Shown here in pieces: positions 21,189 to 31,667 of a stretch of 64,000 bases of DNA. The DNA comes from Candidatus Bathyarchaeota archaeon (GTDB taxonomy: Archaea > Thermoproteota > Bathyarchaeia > Bathyarchaeales > Bathycorpusculaceae). Under the pieces are notes generated by a model. The model made no database searches. It saw only the letters and a program-made list of their open reading frames with translations, and was not told where the DNA came from. The position numbers and the translations under genes are program-made. The stretch lies in assembly GCA_963811105.1 (NCBI GenBank), contig CAWEPZ010000011.1:128001-192000 (forward strand). Direction: 5' to 3'. The stretch's first letter is position 1. The number at the start of each line of letters is the position of its first letter.

Positions 21189-21857
21189 TTATTTAACTTG
21201 TGTTCCTGAGCTAGAAGGTTGCCACTTTTTCAGAAAAATTTGTGCTTCCTCTCTCAGGGAAGTTCTTGAACTGTTAATGTATTTTTGGGCAAACGCGACG
21301 ATTTGCTTTTTAGCTTCGATGTGGTCGAAAATGGTGTCAAAAGTTTTGATGGTGTGTTCTGCTATGACGAGTTTGCATTCCTCGGTTAAATGCGGTGTCA
21401 CTTTGAGGTTTTGCACTTTCAGCAGTTGTGCAGTTATCCTTTGAGTAAGATGGGGTTTGGCTAACGCAATTTTTGCTGAATTGATCACGACATTAGCCAC
21501 GGTAACCATGTACTCGTTGCTTAGGAGACTGTAGTATGTATCAAATATTGCGTCAAACTTGTGTTCCTTGTCAACTCTGGTCAGGTTTGCAATTATTGCC
21601 ATAGCATTCCAAGTTAGAATTCGGTGCTTACTGCCAAGGAGCTCAATAAAGGTGTCCATGTAAGGATAGAGTTTCTCTGGGTATTTCTCGCTTAAATCCA
21701 TCAATACTTTTCCGCAGCCATATCTAACCGTTGCATTAGACGAAGAAGTACCTTCCAACAATTTAGGAAGCAAATCAAAATCCGATTCAACCTTCTGAAA
21801 CAGTTGGGTTTTTGTGATTTCTTTGCTTTCAAGTTTCTTCAATAGATCATTTTCCAC
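21189..21857 (-). CDS. HEAT/ARM-repeat helical protein
   Basis: Repeated amphipathic helices (SNATVRYGCGKVL, HRILTWNAMAII). Confidence 0.7.
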   Translation of the reverse strand: MENDLLKKLESKEITKTQLFQKVESDFDLLPKLLEGTSSSNATVRYGCGKVLMDLSEKYPEKLYPYMDTFIELLGSKHRILTWNAMAIIANLTRVDKEHKFDAIFDTYYSLLSNEYMVTVANVVINSAKIALAKPHLTQRITAQLLKVQNLKVTPHLTEECKLVIAEHTIKTFDTIFDHIEAKKQIVAFAQKYINSSRTSLREEAQIFLKKWQPSSSGTQVK

Positions 21858-21933
21858 ACTTATCCCTCAAACCATAAATAACCTCAGTGATCTAAGAAGA
21901 GTTCTGTTTTTTCGACAAGATTAATAGACTTTT

Positions 21934-22411
21934 TTAGCCATTCACTATTTGCTGCAACACTGTTTTCGTCGAGCAGAAGCCATATCGATTATAGAAAGGC
22001 AAAGCCTGTTCGTTTCCAACTCCAACCTCAACTATTTTGGCTACTGCACCCTTTTTGTCCATCCAAGTCAGAGCCTTTTTCATAAGGCTATCCCCAATGC
22101 CCAACCCTCTATAATTGGATGCAACGATATGGATTCAATTTCACCTGTTCTTTCCTCATCAACGCTGCTTACACAGTATCCAACGTTTTGCCCTGTCACA
22201 ATATCCATGGCAACATCAACTCTCAACACGCCATTTGCGGTTTTTTTAGCGAAGCAGCCTTTCTTTTTCCAAAACTCATTTCAGCGTAATACTGTCTAAA
22301 ATGCAGGGATAAATCAAAATGATGCTGATTCAAGCCTTCCCAAAGCAACCTAATACTATTTAGAAGATTTTCATTTTCAGAAAAGTACTGTATTTGCGGC
22401 TTATTCTGCAT
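21934..22411 (-). CDS. GNAT acetyltransferase (frameshift near 22250)
   Basis: N-terminal IRLLWEGLNQHH; second frame GYCVSSV..GEIESI...YRGLGIGD.LMKKAL.W...GNEQALPFYNRYGF. Confidence 0.8.
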
Positions 22412-22706
22412 GTTTTCACTTACACGCCATCCATCATTTCAACGATCTTTGCATAAAAACATATAGAACTTTGTTTGGTAATTCAAAAAGCCCAAATGGC
22501 AAGATTTCACCACCACCTCCTTTTTTTACCAAAAATTCTGCAACGCGGGATTTGCAAATCTTTCATTACAGTATTTGACAGATCAGAGAAGCCACAAGTA
22601 GAACTTCTGGGAAACGGTATTTCAAGCACGCCCTCAGTCATACGTTTCAGTAGCTATCCCCAAAATCTTAAATATGTAGATAAACTAAACTTATTTTAGT
22701 GATTTT

Positions 22707-22991
22707 ATGTCAAAACCAACTGAACCTATCAAAAAGAAAGAACTCGTCGGTATTCCAGAATACTTAGTCAAATTAGGTAGTTACATTGAGATCGGTCCTC
22801 ATGGCCGGATTCCCCTTAACTACGTCATACAGATAGACTTGGCTAAAGATAGGGCTGTCATTGACCGAATCAAAGGCGACCCCCAGTTTGCAGAGAGATT
22901 TACGGTGTCAGCTATAACTCCGCTGAAGCTCGGCGACATAGAGAAGATGAAGACTGGAACCGTCGCCATAACACTGAAGACAAAGGGATAG
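22707..22991 (+). CDS. Small hypothetical protein upstream of radical SAM enzyme (candidate substrate/partner)
   Basis: 94 aa, ATG start after gtgat SD and TATA-like cttaaata; co-oriented with the rSAM gene. Confidence 0.7.
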   Translation: MSKPTEPIKKKELVGIPEYLVKLGSYIEIGPHGRIPLNYVIQIDLAKDRAVIDRIKGDPQFAERFTVSAITPLKLGDIEKMKTGTVAITLKTKG

Positions 22992-23062
22992 ACTATAGTG
23001 CGGCAACGTGCCGCTTTTTCTATTTTTTGTTCCTCCATCAATTAACTTTACAGGAGAGCCAG

Positions 23063-24169
23063 TTGTCCTCCCAACCAGGATTCCCGTTTCTTAAGAACAT
23101 CGGTTTCATGCTTACATACAAGTGCACGATTTCATGTCCGCACTGCATAGTGGAAGCTGGTCCGAAGCGGAGGAAGGAGATGGGACTTGAGGAAGCATTG
23201 AACTGGATCCGCCAGGTGAGTTCCTACCGAAACAAGTACATCTTGAGCCTCGGCCTAACAGGGGGCGAGCCCTTTTACAACCTCGACAGACTCGAGGTGA
23301 TTTCGACCCATGCAAAGCGGCTTGGCCTTTTCGTCACCACGGTGACAAACGCCTTCTGGGCACCGACAAGAGAGCGAGCCCTGGAAGTAATGCAGAGGAT
23401 AGAGGGAATTCAGCTGATCTCCCTGAGCACAGACGCCCACCACTTGAAGCTGATCCCTATGGAAAACATAAAAAATGCAGCATGGGCGGCGCGCGAGACA
23501 GGGCATCTTTACGACCTAGCCATCTGTACCGACAGCAAGGATGACCCTTCCTTCCTACGGCTAGTGGAAAACCTGCGCGCCAGTGGTGAGGGGGAACACG
23601 TGAAGGTCACAGTCACCGCACCGGTCGGGAGGGCTCGGAACCAGATGGGGCAACTTAATTTCGCGACAGAAAGCGTGCCAGCTCGGGGTGGGTGCGTCTT
23701 GGCGAGTTCGCCGCTGGTATTCCCCAACGGGAAGGTCATAGGCTGCACCGGGGCCTTCGTCGCCCTCCCTCCGAACCATCCAATGCTCCTCGGAGACCTA
23801 CGGCAAGAGAGCCTGGAGACAATCTTGGACCGCTCCGAAAGTAACCCTTACGTGCACGCCATGAGACTCTGGGGGCCTTACGGACTCTCCGTCATCCTCA
23901 GGGAACATGGCTTCGGCAATCTATTGCCTAGGGAATACATTAAGGACTGTCCTTGTGATGCCTGCTACAAGCTCTTCACAGACCAGCGGCTTGTCAAGGC
24001 GCTGGATACCATCATGTGGGACGATGAGATGTTAAAGCTAGTCGCCTGTGGAAGGGCAGCGTACCTTAATGAGCCTGCCATGGCGCAGCGCCTGGGCCTT
24101 CCGATAGAGGCTCTAACACGCCCTTCCTTCAAAGAAGACACGGCGAAGGGTAGCAACAATTTGCAGTGA
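23063..24169 (+). CDS. Radical SAM enzyme, YydG/EpeE-like, with Cys-rich C-terminal (twitch/SPASM-like) domain
   Basis: CTISCPHC, TGGEPF, TNAFWA, SLSTDAHH, PVGRA, GC...PNGKVIGC, CPCDAC. Start moved to TTG 23063 after a GGAG SD. Confidence 0.85.
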   Translation: MSSQPGFPFLKNIGFMLTYKCTISCPHCIVEAGPKRRKEMGLEEALNWIRQVSSYRNKYILSLGLTGGEPFYNLDRLEVISTHAKRLGLFVTTVTNAFWAPTRERALEVMQRIEGIQLISLSTDAHHLKLIPMENIKNAAWAARETGHLYDLAICTDSKDDPSFLRLVENLRASGEGEHVKVTVTAPVGRARNQMGQLNFATESVPARGGCVLASSPLVFPNGKVIGCTGAFVALPPNHPMLLGDLRQESLETILDRSESNPYVHAMRLWGPYGLSVILREHGFGNLLPREYIKDCPCDACYKLFTDQRLVKALDTIMWDDEMLKLVACGRAAYLNEPAMAQRLGLPIEALTRPSFKEDTAKGSNNLQ

Positions 24170-24208
24170 TCGCTCCGAGTTGCCTCGAAGCGCGCACTGT
24201 CAAAATCA

Positions 24209-24244
24209 AGGGAGAATCCTATCCCAACTCACCAGTAAAAAAAT
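24209..24244. repeat. Degenerate partial copy of the tRNA-derived element
   Basis: gggagaatcctatcccaactcaccagtaaaa resembles the consensus GGGATTCGAACCCCAATTTACCAGTAAAA. Confidence 0.45.
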
Positions 24245-24423
24245 GCTGAAATTGAGAACTAAAAATCTCGCTGTTTTCGTCTGGGATTCTACAAGGAAAG
24301 AGCAAATCGAGAACTAACAACTGAGCCTTTGTGTGCTTTTAGGAAAAGCTAATATGACATTATTGCAAATGGTTTTCTAATTTACGTGCGTACATTCGGA
24401 GCTGAAAAAGCATTAACAAGTAT

Positions 24424-25185
24424 GTGGGTCTTATTCCCATTGCCGGCATAGCACTGGCATTAGTTTTCGAACTTGCATTAGGCCTGAGAGGTCAATACGT
24501 TTTTAATCCGCCCTATCTGCTCTTGGCAATCTCCCTTACACTAATAAGCACAGTAGGGTTTATCGTCGCTTATCTCTCAGCGAAAAGTTACTTAGCAACG
24601 GGCTCCCTTGCTCTTCTGCTTCTAAGCATGGCGTTTGTAGTCCAAAGCGTCGTACCAATTGGAAACGGGTGGGCATCAACATTTTCGCCAAGTGCGACCG
24701 TTGCAATGGCCGCGTTAGGACTACTTGTGGGCTCTGTAATACAGTTACTCGCCGCAGCTCAAGCTTCTTTTCGTTCAGTGCCCATTGGGTCTGAACATAG
24801 AGAAGCCAGACTAACTATCGCCGGTTTAATGGCGGTGTTGCTAAGTTTGATTGTTGTGTTTTTGCCTTTTTCACCCGGTTTTCCATCACTTTTCGTGGAT
24901 TCCACTGGTGTCACTATGATAAATCAAATGATTTACGCAGCCGCCATCGGAGTTTTTCTTGTTGGTAGTTTTCTTTTTATGAGGCTTTATTCAAGGTCTA
25001 AAGCAAGTACCCTTTACTGGTATTCATTAGCGCTGTTACTCTGGGGAATAGGTACATTTGGCGTAGCTTGGCAGCTTCGATTCAGCGATATAGTGGCGTG
25101 GACGGGGCGGTTGGGGTGGTATTTTGGAAGTCTATATTATTTGATTGCCCTTCGAAGTACCCGAGAAGAAACCAATTCTCAATGA
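24424..25185 (+). CDS. Multi-pass membrane protein, MASE3/7TM-sensor-like, with no output domain
   Basis: ~7-8 hydrophobic helices; lies upstream of a hybrid kinase. Confidence 0.65.
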   Translation: MGLIPIAGIALALVFELALGLRGQYVFNPPYLLLAISLTLISTVGFIVAYLSAKSYLATGSLALLLLSMAFVVQSVVPIGNGWASTFSPSATVAMAALGLLVGSVIQLLAAAQASFRSVPIGSEHREARLTIAGLMAVLLSLIVVFLPFSPGFPSLFVDSTGVTMINQMIYAAAIGVFLVGSFLFMRLYSRSKASTLYWYSLALLLWGIGTFGVAWQLRFSDIVAWTGRLGWYFGSLYYLIALRSTREETNSQ

Positions 25186-25751
25186 GTAACATATTTTGTT
25201 TCTTCAGGCGAATTAAAGAAGACTACTTATACAGCTCGGGATTAGTGATTCTAAAAATTGGTGTGTCTCCTAATCGGCTAGCTTTCCTACGTTACCGCAA
25301 TCTGGATTTGTATAATGTTTGGGCTTAAGTATCTTCCTTTCAGTTCTTTGTAGAAGCATCAGTTGCAGTACCTTGCCAGAAGGATACTCAGCAGATCCTC
25401 CAATCCCTTCGTGCTCCAATCCACCGTAACTTTTGAGAACCAAGAAGGAAAAAGAACAACATTCACTATACGTTTACCCTCCCAAGAGAGCCAAACGGTA
25501 AATAGACTTACAAATCGGCTTACTTTTCTAATTCTTGCACAGCAAAAAATAGATTCTTGAAACTTAGTTCCACATGTTCGCTTCTTGAACTTTTCTGTTT
25601 TAAGGCTACTTTGTCTTTTTTCTTTAATATACGATTTGAAAATACTGTGCTTACAGGGTGTTTGCGTGTTTAGAGTCTGAGTCATTTACAGACTCATCCC
25701 AAGCGAGTTTGAATCCCTCTACATTGTAGACTTACTTCTTCTCGGAGTTGT

Positions 25752-25850
25752 TTGGGGATTCTAGCCCCAATTTAATAGTAAAATTGTTTTTCAGCCACCA
25801 CAATAATGCCTCTACAAAACAGTCCAGAGTTCAAATCCCAAAGGCCCACA
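25752..25850. repeat. tRNA-3'-end-derived intergenic element, copy 4
   Basis: ttggggattctagccccaatttaatagtaaaatt ... agagttcaaatcccaaaggcccac. Confidence 0.65.
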
Positions 25851-25987
25851 ACTTGTCTGGGCTCCATTTTTGCTCTCTTCTTGGAATCTAGAAGTATCGC
25901 CGACTTCTTGATGAGTCTGAGTATTGATTATGACATAAGTTTGAGAATTCACAATACTTATAGTCATTTCACTTGCCATTCTAACTC

Positions 25988-28900
25988 ATGAGCAAAAGCA
26001 ATGCTCGCCGAGAAGCAAAATCTCAAGCAATTGAGACAACTTCTCCTATAATGATCGATTCAGCAGCTGTTGACAAAGAGAATTCGTTGCATATTTTACA
26101 CGTTGATGATGACCTTTGCCTTCTGGAAGTTTCAAAACAGATACTCACAATCGAGAACAATTTTGAGATCGATAATGCTACATCCGTTGATGAAGCCTTC
26201 AAAAAAATGGAACAGCAGACTTATGATGCGGTAGTTTCCGACTATGAAATGCCTCAGAAAAATGGATTAGAATTTTTAAAAGAGCTTAGAGAGCAAAAGA
26301 GGGGCATTCCTTTTATTTTGTTTACGGGGAAAGGCAGAGAAGACGTTGCAGTAAAAGCTTTGAATTTGGGCGCTGACAGTTACATCAACAAGAACGGTTC
26401 TCCAGAAACAGTTTACTGCGAATTGGCAGATGCCATAAACAAGACTGTGGAACGCAAGAAATCAATAGAACTGCTTGCTGCGTCAGAGTCAAAGTATCGT
26501 GCACTAGTTGAGAATTCACTTCAAGGAATATCAATTCTGCAAGCAACTCCGCTTAGGCTGGTTTTTGCTAACGAAGCTATGGGAAAATTGTTGGGCTATT
26601 CTTCTCAAGAGTTAATGTCGCTTTCGCCTGAAGGAATTATGGGTTTGGTTTATCATGAGGACAGGGCAGCTTTCTTTGGGCGTATGGAAAACCGTTTGCG
26701 GGGTGAACCAGCGGGAGCGTGCTACGAGTTTCGTGGAGTGCGAAAGGACGGCTCGATAATTTGGATGAGTGCACTCGCTAATCGAGTTGATTATGAAGGG
26801 CAACCTGCAGTCCAAGGCATGTTCTTAGATATTAATGAGAGCAAGAAGACCGAAGAGATTCTGCGTGAAAGCGAGGCGAGGTACAGAGAACTGGCAAATT
26901 CTTTGCCGGATATCGTTTTTGAGACTGACAAAAATGGGGAATTGATATTTGCTAATGAGAGGGCTGCCAAACTTTCGGGTTATTCTCAGGGGGAGCTTGA
27001 AAATGGGTTGAATATCATGCAGTTCCTTCTCCCTGAAGACAGAGAAAAAGCAATGAAAAACATTCAGCGCTTACTATCCGGAGGCAACTATGCCCCTGCT
27101 GAGTACACCTTCGTGCGGAAAAACGGAACCACTTTCCCAGCACTGATCACAGTAATCTCTTGTATATCCAAAAACAAGGTGACAGGCCTCAGAGGCTTAG
27201 TCTTAGATATTACTGAACGCAAGAAAACGGAGCAGAGGCTGGAAAAAGAGCAGCAGGAACTTAACCGCATTATCGATTCTTCTCCAATCATAATTTTCTA
27301 TAAAGATGCAGAAGGAAAATTCATACGTGTCAATGAAGCATTTGCTGAAGCGCAGAAAATCCCTAAAGAAAAGTTTTTTGGGAAAACAGTTTTTGACTTT
27401 TACTCCGCTGAGATTGCGCGGGGAATGGCAAACGACGACTTAGAAGTTTTAAGATCAGGGCGTCCCAGATTTGGCATAATAGAGCAATATGAATCCGCAA
27501 GCGGCATGAGGTGGGTGCAGACAGATAAGGTTCCTACTTTTGACAACAATGGCGTTGCAACTGGTCTTGTGGGCTTTGCTCAGGACATCACTGAGCGCAA
27601 GAAAGCTGAGGAGGTTTTGCGAGTGAGTGAAGAGAACTTCCGTTCATTAATTGATTCAATGGATGATTTAGTTTTTGTTTTGGGCTTTGATGGGATCTTC
27701 AAGAACTATCACCAGCCTTCACATAAAAAAGACCTTTACATCCCGCCAGAGAAATTTGTTGGGAAGCATTTCATGAACGTGCTTCCACCACAAGTGGCTG
27801 AATTATGTCATGCTGCTATGGAAAGAATTGAAGACTCTGGAGAGATTCAAGAATTTGATTACCCTCTGGAAATGAACGGTGAGCAGTCATGGCATAATGC
27901 TAGACTTTCGCCAACAAAAGACCAGTCGGGACGGAATACTTCAGTTACGGTTGTGGTTCGCAACATAACTGAACGCAAGAAAGCTGACCTGGCTCTGCTT
28001 GAGAGCGAAGGGCGACTTAGGACGATATTTGAAGGGGCATCTGATGGCATTCTTGTTGTTGATCCTAAGACAAAGAGGTTCGTTTTTGCTAATCCCAGAA
28101 TTTGTGAAATAACGGGTTATTCATTAAAAGAATTACTGAATCTGAATGTGAATGCCCTTCACCCTAAGAAAGATTTGTCTTATGCAACTGACCAATTGAC
28201 AAAGCAAGCACAGGGAAAAATAACTCTTGCACTAGATATTCCAGTTCTAAGAAAAGATAGAAAAGTTGTTTATTGCGACATTAATTCCAGGCTTGCAAAA
28301 ATTGGGGAACAAGAATATTTGGTAGGCTTCTTTAGAGATATCACCGAACGCAAGCGAATCGAGAAGTCGTTAAAAGAGTCAGAAGAGAGATTAAAGAGTA
28401 TTATTGAAAACTCAAGCGACCAGATATTCATGTTAGATAGGGACTGCAGATTCTTATTAGCTAATAAGAGCGCGGCAGATCTTTTCGGGAAATCTCCTCA
28501 AGAGATGGTCGGCAGGTCAATACCTGAGGTATTCCCGGAAATAATTGCAGCCCAATTCTCGAAAAATATCAAGAATGTATTTGGTACCGGCAAGAGCATG
28601 TTTATAGATGAAAAAATGGTTGCCAAAGGTCGTGAATTGTACACCAGTACCAGCCTAAATCCTGTCAGAAATGATAGCGGAAGAGTGATAGCAGTCACAG
28701 GGAGTCTAAGAGACATTACTGAGCGCAAGAACGCCGAAGAAAAACTGGCAAGTTTGAAAGAATTCGATGAAAGAATAATAGATTCACTCGAGGATGCCCT
28801 ATTAGTAATTGACCCCGACGACTATAAAATAATTAGTACCAATGAAGTGGCGTTTAAACAATTAAAGCTCAGAAAAGAAGAACTAATTGGAAAAACCTGC

Positions 28901-30577
28901 TATCAAATAACTCATCACTTATCTGCACCATGCCAATCTCCAGAACATGACTGCCCAATTCGGAGGGTGCTAGAAACCAAAGAAATCATAACGGTTGAAC
29001 ATAAGCACTTTGATGAAAACAATAATGAACGAATTGTGGAAGTTTCAGCTCGCCTTGTCAAAAACCCCGAAGGAAAAACAGTGGTAATTCACGTTGCCAG
29101 AGACATTACAGAAAGAAAACAGATGGAAACCAGGATTCGCGAAGCTGAAAGAAGATACCGGGCATTGTTTGATCAGGCACCAGTTGGTATTCTAGTTTTT
29201 GACGCTGAAACTGAAGTACTTGTAGATTTCAATGAGGTAGCTCATCAAGAATTAGGCTATTCCAGAGAAGAATTCGCGAAACTACACGTCTTTGATTACA
29301 AAGCAGTTGAAACGCCAGATGAAACGAGAGCTAGAATAGAAAAGGTCCTTCAAGAAGGCAGAGATGAATTTGAAACCAAACACCGAACCAAAAACGGTGA
29401 GGTTAGAGATGTCATAGTTACTTCTCAGGCGATTGAATGGTCTGGAAAAAAACTCGTCCTCAGCATCTACCGAGACGTAACGGAAGCCAAGAAAATTGAG
29501 ATTGCATTGATGGAAAGCGAAGCGAAGTATCGACAGTTAATTGAACTCGCCCAAGAAGGTGTTTGGGCATTAAATACCGATAGTCGCACTATTTTTGTTA
29601 ATCCACGCATGGCAAACATGCTAGGATACAGTGAAAGTGAAATGATTGGAAAAAATTTGGCTTCTTTCACGGATAATCCCGACTCTAATTTTGCTGTGCA
29701 CAATTTGGAAGAATGCAAACTAGGCAACCAGGGGCAATGCGAATTTGAGTTCACTCAAAAAGACGGCGCCCACATATATGCCAATATTGCAGCTTCATCC
29801 ATCAAAGATGACACGGGAAACAGCATTGGAACACTTGCAATGGTTGCAGACACCACTGAACGCAAGAAGATAGAAATAAATTTGAAAGAAAGCCACGACC
29901 GACTCGAAATGATGAACGAGAAGCTGCGTGTGGTGGGAAGCCTCACTAGGCACGATGTACGCAATAAGCTTTCCGCTGTGACTGGTTACGCGTATATTCT
30001 CAAGAAGAAGCATGCGGACCAAGCGGACATTTTTGATGGGTTGGTCAAGATGGAGCAGGCTGTTAAGGAAATTGTGAAGATTTTTGACTTCGCTAAAATG
30101 TATGAACAACTGGGCGTTGAAACGTTAAGCTATGTTGAAGTGGAGCGGGCTGTAGCTGAGGCAGTGGTTCTTTTCTCAGGGTTGACTTTCAGAGTCATTA
30201 ATGAATGTCAGGGCCTTACTGTGTTGGCTGATTCATTTCTAAGTCAGCTATTCTTCAATTTTATCGATAACACACAAAAATACGGCAAGAAAACTACCGC
30301 AATAAGAGTATACTTTGAGAAAGCCGAGCAGAATAAGCTTAGGCTGATTTATGAAGATGATGGGGTAGGAATTTCCGCAGAGGATAAGCTGAACCTTTTC
30401 AAAGAAGGCTTCAGCACTGGGGGCAGTACTGGATTTGGCTTGTTTTTGTCAAAGAAGATGATGAATGTTTACGGCTGGGAAATCCAAGAAATTGGCGAAC
30501 CGAGCAAAGGCGCAAAATTTGCAATAACCATTCCTAGAATTAATCAAAGCGGAAAAGAGAACTTTCGAATTGCATAA
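25988..30577 (+). CDS. Hybrid sensor histidine kinase: REC + 9 PAS/PAC + HisKA + HATPase_c
   Basis: ILHVDDD...SDYEMP..GL (REC); nine units ending D/N-I/V/T-T/N-E-x-K; TRHDVRN H-box; NFIDN, DDGVG, GFGL. Confidence 0.93.
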   Translation: MSKSNARREAKSQAIETTSPIMIDSAAVDKENSLHILHVDDDLCLLEVSKQILTIENNFEIDNATSVDEAFKKMEQQTYDAVVSDYEMPQKNGLEFLKELREQKRGIPFILFTGKGREDVAVKALNLGADSYINKNGSPETVYCELADAINKTVERKKSIELLAASESKYRALVENSLQGISILQATPLRLVFANEAMGKLLGYSSQELMSLSPEGIMGLVYHEDRAAFFGRMENRLRGEPAGACYEFRGVRKDGSIIWMSALANRVDYEGQPAVQGMFLDINESKKTEEILRESEARYRELANSLPDIVFETDKNGELIFANERAAKLSGYSQGELENGLNIMQFLLPEDREKAMKNIQRLLSGGNYAPAEYTFVRKNGTTFPALITVISCISKNKVTGLRGLVLDITERKKTEQRLEKEQQELNRIIDSSPIIIFYKDAEGKFIRVNEAFAEAQKIPKEKFFGKTVFDFYSAEIARGMANDDLEVLRSGRPRFGIIEQYESASGMRWVQTDKVPTFDNNGVATGLVGFAQDITERKKAEEVLRVSEENFRSLIDSMDDLVFVLGFDGIFKNYHQPSHKKDLYIPPEKFVGKHFMNVLPPQVAELCHAAMERIEDSGEIQEFDYPLEMNGEQSWHNARLSPTKDQSGRNTSVTVVVRNITERKKADLALLESEGRLRTIFEGASDGILVVDPKTKRFVFANPRICEITGYSLKELLNLNVNALHPKKDLSYATDQLTKQAQGKITLALDIPVLRKDRKVVYCDINSRLAKIGEQEYLVGFFRDITERKRIEKSLKESEERLKSIIENSSDQIFMLDRDCRFLLANKSAADLFGKSPQEMVGRSIPEVFPEIIAAQFSKNIKNVFGTGKSMFIDEKMVAKGRELYTSTSLNPVRNDSGRVIAVTGSLRDITERKNAEEKLASLKEFDERIIDSLEDALLVIDPDDYKIISTNEVAFKQLKLRKEELIGKTCYQITHHLSAPCQSPEHDCPIRRVLETKEIITVEHKHFDENNNERIVEVSARLVKNPEGKTVVIHVARDITERKQMETRIREAERRYRALFDQAPVGILVFDAETEVLVDFNEVAHQELGYSREEFAKLHVFDYKAVETPDETRARIEKVLQEGRDEFETKHRTKNGEVRDVIVTSQAIEWSGKKLVLSIYRDVTEAKKIEIALMESEAKYRQLIELAQEGVWALNTDSRTIFVNPRMANMLGYSESEMIGKNLASFTDNPDSNFAVHNLEECKLGNQGQCEFEFTQKDGAHIYANIAASSIKDDTGNSIGTLAMVADTTERKKIEINLKESHDRLEMMNEKLRVVGSLTRHDVRNKLSAVTGYAYILKKKHADQADIFDGLVKMEQAVKEIVKIFDFAKMYEQLGVETLSYVEVERAVAEAVVLFSGLTFRVINECQGLTVLADSFLSQLFFNFIDNTQKYGKKTTAIRVYFEKAEQNKLRLIYEDDGVGISAEDKLNLFKEGFSTGGSTGFGLFLSKKMMNVYGWEIQEIGEPSKGAKFAITIPRINQSGKENFRIA

Positions 30578-30580
30578 ATA

Positions 30581-30606
30581 AACCTCATGGCCATGCCATT
30601 GAGGTT
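30581..30606 (+). terminator. Stem-loop just after the kinase stop
   Basis: aacctcatgg-ccatg-ccattgaggtt imperfect inverted repeat. Confidence 0.35.
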
Positions 30607-30856
30607 CGTCCCAAACACCAACAAAACTGGTAAGTGTCCAATGCCAACCTGTCTTTTCCGCAGCATATTTACTGACTCTTTTTGAAGAGTCAAACATCGT
30701 GGTTTCAAAAAGTGAGCAACAACCTAAGTAGCCCACCAAGCGTGTTTTTTTACTAGTAAAATTTTCCATTACTTTCCGTGGGATTCAGAGGCACAGGCAA
30801 ATAAACTATAATCACGACTATTTTGCCAAAATAGCATTAATTACAGCTTTAAAAAA

Positions 30857-30920
30857 TTCCGCCGAGAAAGGGATCCAGCACCTTTTTACCAATAAAATTA
30901 TGTAAATCAAATTTTTGTAT
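30857..30920. repeat. tRNA-derived element, copy 5 (near-identical core to copy 2)
   Basis: ccagcacctttttaccaataaaattatgtaaatcaaatttttgtat differs from 19555-19601 by 3 substitutions and 1 indel; preceded by cgccgagaaagggat (reverse complement ATCCCTTTCTCGGCG). Confidence 0.8.
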
Positions 30921-31069
30921 ACTTATTGATTGCATAAAAAATCACCACAAAAACAAACGTTAACCAACTACTAAAGTTGTTTTCGTTAATGCCTCATAGA
31001 AGCTTGGTGCCTTCTGCTTGCTAATTGAGATGTTTCTCTCAAAAAGCATGCCTGTACAGTCTTTATAAA

Positions 31070-31450
31070 TTAAGAATATTTGGAACTATTTTTTCCGGTT
31101 TGGTTTTCCTTAACTCTAAACTTTACAATTTCATTTATCAAATCTAGTGGCATTGGCTTGTCCAATGGGAATTTGACGGTGCCCTGGACTTTGCTTACTT
31201 CATAGCCTGACAGTTTTTCTTTGAATTCCTCGATGGCCGACTCCCGCGGATAGAAACCGATGTGATTCTTGAATGCTCCAAACCATACCAAGTTGCCATT
31301 CAGTTTGAACGCTGGCATGTTGTAGCTAATTGCTTCTTCTGCTTTGGGTGCAGCGTCCTTAATTGCTTGCCTTATTTGTTCTAAAACAGTTTGAACATTC
31401 TTGGGAAAAGAACCGATGTAATCATCAATCGACTCAAAATTCTTTTTCAT
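31070..31450 (-). CDS. DUF1801/YdhG-like protein
   Basis: IDDYI..FP...EAISYNMPAF...FGAFKNHIGFYP...GTVKFPLDKPMP. Confidence 0.88.
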   Translation of the reverse strand: MKKNFESIDDYIGSFPKNVQTVLEQIRQAIKDAAPKAEEAISYNMPAFKLNGNLVWFGAFKNHIGFYPRESAIEEFKEKLSGYEVSKVQGTVKFPLDKPMPLDLINEIVKFRVKENQTGKNSSKYS

Positions 31451-31667
31451 AGACTAAAAACACCAAGAGACTATTTGCAGAGCTTTTCCTAATAACTTTT
31501 CGCCTAGCATCTATTTCCAAATATGACTAGTTCGATTTATGCCTCACAGAAATCTATTTATCAGCAGCCATTTGCAATTGTACAATAGCGATTACCGTCG
31601 GACCCGTATTGTTCACGCTTTACAGAAGCATTTTTTCTCTTCTAATTAGCCTAGCAATCGATGACCT

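Noticed and set aside
25200-25990. Short ORFs between the membrane sensor and the kinase
   Set aside because: No recognisable motifs, and they overlap the repeat element; possibly decayed remnants.
26460-29880. Recurring ACTGARCGCAAGAA-like DNA repeat
   Set aside because: Explained by the DITERK motif closing each PAS/PAC domain.
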